In this document: piece after piece, positions 57,960-64,000 of the stretch
Layout: each line of letters opens with the position of its first letter
Position numbering within the stretch: position 1 is the first letter of the stretch
Source: a bacterium
GTDB taxonomy: Bacteria; UBA8248
Reading direction: 5' to 3'
NCBI GenBank assembly: GCA_965221165.1
Contig: CBDCRP010000003.1
Coordinates: 1,920,001-1,984,000, forward strand
DNA length: 64,000 nt
Notes under the pieces: model-generated
The model's input: the letters and a program-made list of their open reading frames with translations, nothing else
Told to the model about the DNA's origin: nothing
Databases searched by the model: none
Made by a program: the position numbers and the translations under genes

Positions 57960-58514
57960 TTACAGAGACTGAAAGATTCTGTCGATCTTTATTTCATCAT
58001 CAATCTCATTGGATAATTGACTTGCTTGCTGTTCTTCATATCCAAGAGCCAAAAAGATGTCTTTGTATGCTATGGGCAATGATGTTCCTCGTGGATCTTT
58101 CCATTCTTGAAGGGAGTGGGTGTAGTCTCTAATTTGCCATTTATCAAAATCACCGAATTCTTTCCAAATATGTTCAAGAATATCCTTATCAGCTTTGCTT
58201 AGTTCATCAAAATCGTCATCACTTACCTGTTTTTCGAGCACGACATCATATCTCTGTCTAGGGGGTATCCACGAATCCCAACCATCTTCAACGGAGTCGA
58301 TAGCCGCACCATTGGCGAGGTCAAGCGTATTCGACAAGACTGGCCCATGATCCATCGAAACCACACGGTCGCCAGTCATCGGCATCCCGTAGCGCTTCAA
58401 TGACTCTCGCTCGGCGAGATATAAAAGCTTCATTAGCTTGAGTATCGCCATTTTCCCGCCTTCACATTGGAGAAAATGTGCGGCCATTTGTGCGACTTTT
58501 CGCTCGTTAAACAT
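57960..58514 (-). CDS. Panacea-domain (DUF4065/SocA-like) antitoxin
   Basis: LKLMKLLYLAER, MDHGPV, IRDYTHSLQEW. Confidence 0.9.
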   Translation of the reverse strand: MFNERKVAQMAAHFLQCEGGKMAILKLMKLLYLAERESLKRYGMPMTGDRVVSMDHGPVLSNTLDLANGAAIDSVEDGWDSWIPPRQRYDVVLEKQVSDDDFDELSKADKDILEHIWKEFGDFDKWQIRDYTHSLQEWKDPRGTSLPIAYKDIFLALGYEEQQASQLSNEIDDEIKIDRIFQSL

Positions 58515-58671
58515 TATGATGTCCCCACCTGAATGAGGTTTGCTTCTTCACTGGTGTCTTCTTCTTTGGAAATGTCTTGTTAGTTGAAGCATGGTTTCAC
58601 CCCGCACTCAGGGCATTTCTTGATATCTAGTTCGCCCCCTCCCGCGTATAAAAAGAGAAAGGACGGTATAA

Positions 58672-58747
58672 ATCCCCGACGCTAGGTGGCCCACGGCACC
58701 CCTCTTGAAAAGGGGGATTTCGGGTTCAAATCCCGACTTGGGCAACA
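58672..58747 (+). pseudogene. Degenerate tRNA or tRNA-like element (anticodon loop reads UGA)
   Basis: Intact anticodon arm CCCCT-CTTGAAA-AGGGG and T arm TCGGG-TTCAAAT-CCCGA; D arm and acceptor non-canonical; ends ACA. Confidence 0.65.
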
Positions 58748-59026
58748 TGAATTCTGTATGATTGACTAATGGTTATAGATTACATGAGATGTTACGGTAA
58801 ATACAAGGAAAGCCAGGGCGCGCTCCATCACTGAGAATTCCTCCTTGGGGTTTCGGGGGGATTTGCCATGAGGCGGAAGGAATTTATCGGCACCATCTTG
58901 TGCCATATCAACTGCATTTAGCCATACTCTAATGATGCATTGCAAGTCAAGCGTTTTCCGAATGAATACCGTATCTCCATCATCCAGTGTTGCACGTCAC
59001 CAAGGGCACATGTATCCCGCCGGATA

Positions 59027-60808
59027 TTATGAGGAAACCTCCTCCCATTCCTCACAAAGGCGTTTTCCTAAATCCGGCGAGACGAGAATCGTCTCGTGCC
59101 CCCCGATAAGCACCTGCCCGGGGCGACCCCCCTTCGGCCTCCTTAAACGCGAGAACCGAAGATAGGCGACGGCGAGTTTGGAATCCGTCCTGCCCCGGCT
59201 GAAATACGCCGCGAACGCCGCCGCCTGGGCGAGAATTTCCCCGTCCGGCTCCACTACCGGCCCATCGTCGGCGCGGCGAAGGAGCACGTGGCTTCCCGGA
59301 ACACCCCGGGCGTGAAACCACGTGTCGCTCGCGCGGCCCACGCGCCGGAGCAACTCGTCGTTGCCCATGGCGTTCTTGCCGACGATGGCCTCCCAGCCCG
59401 CAGGCGAAACGAACCGCCTGTAGGGCCTGGTGCGCACGGCCTGCCTGCCCTTCGTCCGCGCGTCTTCTTTTCGTTTTTTCTCTCTCCCCCGCCCGGCGTA
59501 GCCCGCTTGCGCCAACGCCTCTTCCACACCGTCCAGGTCCTCCACATCATCCGCCGTTTCCAGATCGAAGGTCAGCGAGCCTACGAACGCCTCCTCATCC
59601 TTCATTTCCCCTAAGCGCGCCAGCCCGGTCGAGGCCCGGCGCTTGAGTTTCTTGTAGCGGCGGAAATATTTTTGCGCATTCTCGGAGGGCGTGAGCTTGG
59701 GGTCGAGCGCGATTTCCACCGGCCCATCCGGGGTCCGGGCGGAGAAGATTTTTGCTTTTTCCTTCACCTCGCCCAGATGCTCGAGCAGCAACTCTCCTTT
59801 TCTCAAAACCGCTTCGGCCTCGCCTGCGGATTCCAAATCCCCCCGCACCGCCTCTATCGACCCGCGTATCCGCTCCTGCACGCGGCGGAGCATCTTGGAG
59901 ACTTTTCTTTTCCGCTCACCCAGCCGGGCGCCCTTCACGAGCCTTCCGTAAAACGCATCCGCCGCATCGTTCATGGAATCAAAAACACGGTATGAAGCCG
60001 CATCGCTACCTGCGATTCGGGCCGCGCTCAGCCCCACGGGGTCACCGCCTTCTCCCAGCAGCCAGGCGGGGGTGAATTCTTTTTTCCGGTAGCTCTCGAT
60101 CGCCCCCATCAGCGCATCCGCCGCCCCCGCCCATTCCTCATCGGCTGAAGAGGCGCGAGCGAGCTCCCGGGCGAGGGCCGGGCTCACGCCCGTGACCGAG
60201 CGAACGAGCCACCCGGCGAACTCCTCCCGGGTGGCGGAGCGCAGGTCCGCTTCGCGCATCATCTCTAGAATCGCTTCTTTCGTGAGCACGCCCGGGCTTG
60301 CCTTTTTTTGCTCGGGCGGCAGTCGATACCTGCCCCCCCTCTCGAGCGGACGCGCGGTGTGGGGAGCGGGCGGAACCAGCCTCTTGGCTTCCAGAATCTC
60401 GCCCGTAGCGCCGTTTAAGAGCACCAGATTGCTCCACCGGCCCATCACTTCGGCCATCAGCGCGAAGGAATCGCCCCCCCCGGGGCCGCGCCCCCGCTCG
60501 AAGGAAAACTGCAAGACGCGCTCCCAATCTCCGGCCGCCGCGCGGGTGAGGCGCAATCCGCCGAGATACTTTCTGAGCGTTCTACAAAACGTGGGCGCCT
60601 CGGGCAGGCTCTGCGGAGGGTCTGCGGTCAAGTGAACGCGCGGGTGTGCGGGGTCCGCGCTCACGAGGAGGCAGCGTCCCCTTTTTCCGGAGCCCGAGAA
60701 AAACAGAGTGACCGTATGCGGGTCGACCTGAGAGATTCTCTCGAGGCGCGCGCCCAGAATGTTTCCGTTTAATTCCGCCGCTATCGCCTGAAGCACGAAA
60801 GTATCCAT
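59027..60808 (-). CDS. rqcH: RqcH/Rqc2 (NFACT, FbpA-like) ribosome quality-control factor
   Basis: MDTFVL, FCRTLRKYL, EVMGRWSN, ENAQKYFRRYKK, VGKNAMGNDEL, WFHARGVPGSHV. Confidence 0.93.
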   Translation of the reverse strand: MDTFVLQAIAAELNGNILGARLERISQVDPHTVTLFFSGSGKRGRCLLVSADPAHPRVHLTADPPQSLPEAPTFCRTLRKYLGGLRLTRAAAGDWERVLQFSFERGRGPGGGDSFALMAEVMGRWSNLVLLNGATGEILEAKRLVPPAPHTARPLERGGRYRLPPEQKKASPGVLTKEAILEMMREADLRSATREEFAGWLVRSVTGVSPALARELARASSADEEWAGAADALMGAIESYRKKEFTPAWLLGEGGDPVGLSAARIAGSDAASYRVFDSMNDAADAFYGRLVKGARLGERKRKVSKMLRRVQERIRGSIEAVRGDLESAGEAEAVLRKGELLLEHLGEVKEKAKIFSARTPDGPVEIALDPKLTPSENAQKYFRRYKKLKRRASTGLARLGEMKDEEAFVGSLTFDLETADDVEDLDGVEEALAQAGYAGRGREKKRKEDARTKGRQAVRTRPYRRFVSPAGWEAIVGKNAMGNDELLRRVGRASDTWFHARGVPGSHVLLRRADDGPVVEPDGEILAQAAAFAAYFSRGRTDSKLAVAYLRFSRLRRPKGGRPGQVLIGGHETILVSPDLGKRLCEEWEEVSS

Positions 60809-60928
60809 GAGCCCGCCTCCATCCGCACATTTTTCCCGGAGCCGCATAAATTGACAGGCCCCGGCCGGAAAATTATTGTAGACTCTTTCAGGTGGACTGT
60901 TAATGACGAACGCATCGCGGAGCGAACC

Positions 60929-61801
60929 ATGATAGACAGCATGACGGGTTACGGGGCGGGAGAGAGGCCGCTGGGAGACGCATCCATCAGCGTGGAGGCG
61001 CGCTCGGTGAATCATCGCTACCTGGAGGTCTCCTGCAAAGGGCCGCGCTGGTCGCTCCCGCTGGAGGGCGAAGTGCGCGAGGCGGTGAAAAAGCGCTTCT
61101 CCAGAGGGCGCTTCGACATTTATATCCGCCTGGGCGAGGGTGCGAAGGACGTGTCGCCCATCGACGCGGGCGCCGCGAAATCCCTCCTCGTGAACCTGAA
61201 ATCCCTGAAAGATGAACTGGGAATCACGGGCGAGGTGGACTTTTCGATACTCGCCGGCTTCAGGGACCTGCTCAAAAGCGCAGACCCCGAGCCGGACAAA
61301 GACGACGTTCAGGCCGTCTTGATGGAATCGCTCGACGATGCGCTCGCCGCTCTGGGGAGTATGCGCGAAAAAGAGGGGAGCGCGCTCGCGAAAGACCTGG
61401 GCGACCACCTCGGGGCGGTGCAGAGACAATGCGGGGAAATCCGCGAACGCCTGCCCGAGGCGCGAAAAATGCTCACCGCGCGGATGCGCGAGCGCATTCT
61501 CGAAATCGCCGACGGGATCGAGGTGGACGAAGGGAGGCTCGAGCAGGAAATGATCCACGCCGCCGAGCGCGGGGACATCAGCGAGGAGCTCAGCCGTCTG
61601 GACAGCCACATCGTCCAGTTCCGGGAGATGCTCGAAAACAAAGGCCCCATCGGCCGCAAACTCGATTTCCTCACCCAGGAGATGAACCGCGAGGCCAATA
61701 CGATTTCGTCGAAATCCATCGACCTCACCCTCACGCAAAGCGCGGTCGAGGTGAAAAGCGCCATCGAGAAAATCCGCGAACAAGTGCAGAACGTGGAATG
61801 A
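60929..61801 (+). CDS. yicC: YicC/YloC family endoribonuclease
   Basis: SMTGYG, SVNHRYLE, DISEELSRL, GRKLDFLTQEMNREANT, IREQVQNVE. Confidence 0.95.
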   Translation: MIDSMTGYGAGERPLGDASISVEARSVNHRYLEVSCKGPRWSLPLEGEVREAVKKRFSRGRFDIYIRLGEGAKDVSPIDAGAAKSLLVNLKSLKDELGITGEVDFSILAGFRDLLKSADPEPDKDDVQAVLMESLDDALAALGSMREKEGSALAKDLGDHLGAVQRQCGEIRERLPEARKMLTARMRERILEIADGIEVDEGRLEQEMIHAAERGDISEELSRLDSHIVQFREMLENKGPIGRKLDFLTQEMNREANTISSKSIDLTLTQSAVEVKSAIEKIREQVQNVE

Positions 61802-62379
61802 TGAGAAGCCGGGGCCATCTTTTCGTTCTCTCCGCTCCTTCGGGGGCGGGCAAATCCACGCTCATAGAACGCTCATGCCAGGAACTCCCGGACATCTGGC
61901 ACTCGATAAGCGCGACGACGCGGTCAAAGCGCGATTACGAGGAAGACGGGATTCACTACCATTTCATGGAGCAGGCGAAGTTCGACGAGATGATCGCCAA
62001 AAACGAATTTCTCGAATGGGCGCGGGTTTTCGACGAATGCTACGGAACGCCTTCAGACGACGTCGACGCGCATCTGGTAAGGGGAAACGACGTCATCATG
62101 GACTTGGACGTGCAGGGAGCACTACAGGTCAAGCGAAGGCGAACGGAGGCGAGCCTCATCTTCGTCATGCCGCCCTCACTCGATGAGTTGTCCAATCGCC
62201 TCAAGCGCCGGGCGACGGAAACCGGTGAGGATGTCGCATTCCGGCTCTCGAGAGCAGAGGAAGAGATGGCGCAAAGCTATCAGTACGACCACGTCATCAT
62301 CAACGACGATCTCGACCTGGCCTTTCAGGAACTGAAAAAGATTATTCTGGAACAACGAGGGGAGGTCCCTTCCTGGTGA
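61798..62379 (+). CDS. gmk: Guanylate kinase
   Basis: SAPSGAGKST, SISATTR, FLEWA, YGTP, DVQGA. Confidence 0.96.
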   Translation: MMRSRGHLFVLSAPSGAGKSTLIERSCQELPDIWHSISATTRSKRDYEEDGIHYHFMEQAKFDEMIAKNEFLEWARVFDECYGTPSDDVDAHLVRGNDVIMDLDVQGALQVKRRRTEASLIFVMPPSLDELSNRLKRRATETGEDVAFRLSRAEEEMAQSYQYDHVIINDDLDLAFQELKKIILEQRGEVPSW

Positions 62380-63617
62380 GCGAACACTCCCCGCCCCCTC
62401 TTGCGGACAAAAAAACGGTCTTAGGCGTATCGGGCGGAATCGCCTCCTATAAATCCATCGACCTGGCGCGCCTCCTCGTCCTCGATGGCGCGGAGGTGCA
62501 GACGGTTCTGACCCAAAGCGCCGCCTCCTTCGTTCAGCCCCTGCCCTTCGAGGTGCTCACCGGCAAGACGCCCATCCAGAGAATGTTCCCTATGGAGGGG
62601 GGCGGGTTCACGGGAGACATGCCCCACATCTCCCTGACGGAGGGCGCGGACCTGATACTCATCGCGCCGGCCACGGCGAACGTCATCGCCAAGTTCGCGC
62701 ACGGGGTGGGGGATGATTTTCTCTCCACTCTTCTACTTTCCGCAAAGCCGCCGGTCTTGATCGCGCCCGCCATGAATCCGCGCATGTGGGCCTCCCCGGC
62801 CGTTCAGGAGAACGCAGGAAACCTGCGCGAGAGAGGCCACGTCGTCATGGAGCCGGGCGCCGGCCGCATGGCCCGCGCAGAAGAAGGAACCGGCAGGGGA
62901 CGGATGCCCGAACCACAGGACATACTTCTGGCCGCGCGCCGTATTCTCGTGCCGAATCCCGATCTCTCGGGCATGAAGCTGCTGGTTACGGCGGGACCTA
63001 CGCGCGAAAGATGGGACGCCGTGCGTTATCTCTCGAACCGCTCGAGCGGGAAGATGGGCTTCGCCCTCGCGCGAGAAGCCGTCCGCAGGGGAGCGGACGT
63101 CGTTCTCGTGAGCGGCCCCGCCGCCCTGCCCGACCCGCAGGGGGTGCGGGTGGTTCGCGTGGAATCGGCCGCCGACATGTATGAGGCCGTGAAAAGCGAA
63201 TGGCCAGACGCGCACGCCCTCGTCATGGCCGCTGCCGTGGCGGACTATCGCCCGCTCGCTCCATCGGCGCAGAAACACAAAAAAGGCGACGCTCCCCTCG
63301 CCATAGAACTCACGCGAACGACCGACATACTCGCCGAACTTGGGACGCGCAAGGGAAGCAGAATCCTCGTCGGCTTCGCCGCTGAAACCGAAGAGGTGCT
63401 CGAGCGCGCAAAAGACAAGCTCAAGCGCAAGGGGCTCGACTTCATCGTGGCGAACAAGGTCGCGGGCGAAGAGGACGCGATGGGCGCCGACGCTTCGCGC
63501 GCCTGGATCATCGACGCCGGGGAGGGAACGCAAGAACTCCCGGCGCTCGAAAAAGGGCTTCTGGCGGGCCGCATCCTCGACCGCCTCGCAAAAATGTGGC
63601 AAAACATTTCATCATAA
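62376..63617 (+). CDS. coaBC: Bifunctional phosphopantothenoylcysteine decarboxylase/ligase
   Basis: GVSGGIASYK, APATAN, PAMN, TAGPTRE, NRSSGKMG, AAAVADY, GFAAET. Confidence 0.96.
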   Translation: MSEHSPPPLADKKTVLGVSGGIASYKSIDLARLLVLDGAEVQTVLTQSAASFVQPLPFEVLTGKTPIQRMFPMEGGGFTGDMPHISLTEGADLILIAPATANVIAKFAHGVGDDFLSTLLLSAKPPVLIAPAMNPRMWASPAVQENAGNLRERGHVVMEPGAGRMARAEEGTGRGRMPEPQDILLAARRILVPNPDLSGMKLLVTAGPTRERWDAVRYLSNRSSGKMGFALAREAVRRGADVVLVSGPAALPDPQGVRVVRVESAADMYEAVKSEWPDAHALVMAAAVADYRPLAPSAQKHKKGDAPLAIELTRTTDILAELGTRKGSRILVGFAAETEEVLERAKDKLKRKGLDFIVANKVAGEEDAMGADASRAWIIDAGEGTQELPALEKGLLAGRILDRLAKMWQNISS

Positions 63618-63650
63618 ATCTTTTTTCCGACGCGCCCGCCGGTCGAGACG

Positions 63651-64000
63651 ATGAACCATCGCGCAGAACTGATTCAGGGAATTCTGGGACATCTTAGAAA
63701 CCAGAAGGCCGCAGGCGTCGAATACGTGAGCCTGGGAACTCCCCGGAATATCGCTCCCGAGGTCACGCACGCCACGGAAGCTCCTCCTGCACGGGCGCCT
63801 GAACCCGTCGAAAATCCCGGGCAGCAAGCCCTGATTCCCCAGGCTGCGCCTGCGCCCGAACCCACTCTGGCCCCCATGGCGAAGCGCAGAGACCCCGGCC
63901 CCGAGCCGCCGCCCCTGCCCTTCGATCCGGATGCCGAGATGTCGCTCGACGGGTTATTCGCCGCCGTGGACGGCTGCCTGCGCTGCAAGCTGGGAGCCGG
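63651..64000 (+). CDS. Probable family-4 uracil-DNA glycosylase, 3'-truncated by window edge
   Basis: Pro/Ala-rich linker followed by CLRCKL (first Fe-S cysteines); usual position after coaBC. Confidence 0.7.
   Translation, partial: MNHRAELIQGILGHLRNQKAAGVEYVSLGTPRNIAPEVTHATEAPPARAPEPVENPGQQALIPQAAPAPEPTLAPMAKRRDPGPEPPPLPFDPDAEMSLDGLFAAVDGCLRCKLGA

Noticed and set aside
57511-58514. Integron cassette (attC)
   Set aside because: No RYYYAAC...GTTRRRY bounded palindrome and no intI.
60809-61783. N-terminal extension making RqcH 918 aa
   Set aside because: The extension is the antisense shadow of yicC; the true start is MDTFVL at 60808.

Overview
GC-rich bacterial chromosomal segment. The gene content would fit a Nitrospinota/Tectomicrobia/delta-like lineage, but that is a guess. 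It is mostly housekeeping: a partial diadenylate cyclase, gatA-gatB, queG, thyX, an RND pump, a Na+:solute symporter, tRNA-Arg(ACG), a complete A1-type aa3 cytochrome c oxidase cluster, proA, rimK-like, hemW, rqcH, yicC-gmk-coaBC and a partial UDG. Small AT-richer accessory islets are interspersed: a fused type IIG-like R-M gene beside a remnant of another restriction gene, two Panacea (DUF4065) antitoxin loci, a two-methyltransferase cassette flanked by direct repeats, and a frameshifted TbpB-like lipoprotein. I found no integrase, transposase, reverse transcriptase or cas gene. The most unusual signals are non-coding: (i) a promoter-driven, ~280-nt structured RNA candidate at ~14355-14640, in which two hairpin loops are complementary to the two strands of a downstream internal loop; (ii) a tandem 186-bp unit made of a lipoprotein 3' end plus a three-way-junction RNA with covariation; (iii) a degenerate or D-armless tRNA-like element beside a Panacea TA pair; (iv) a dispersed mini-hairpin family with a conserved 13-nt loop. 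All assignments come from manual motif reading; no database searches or folding programs were run.
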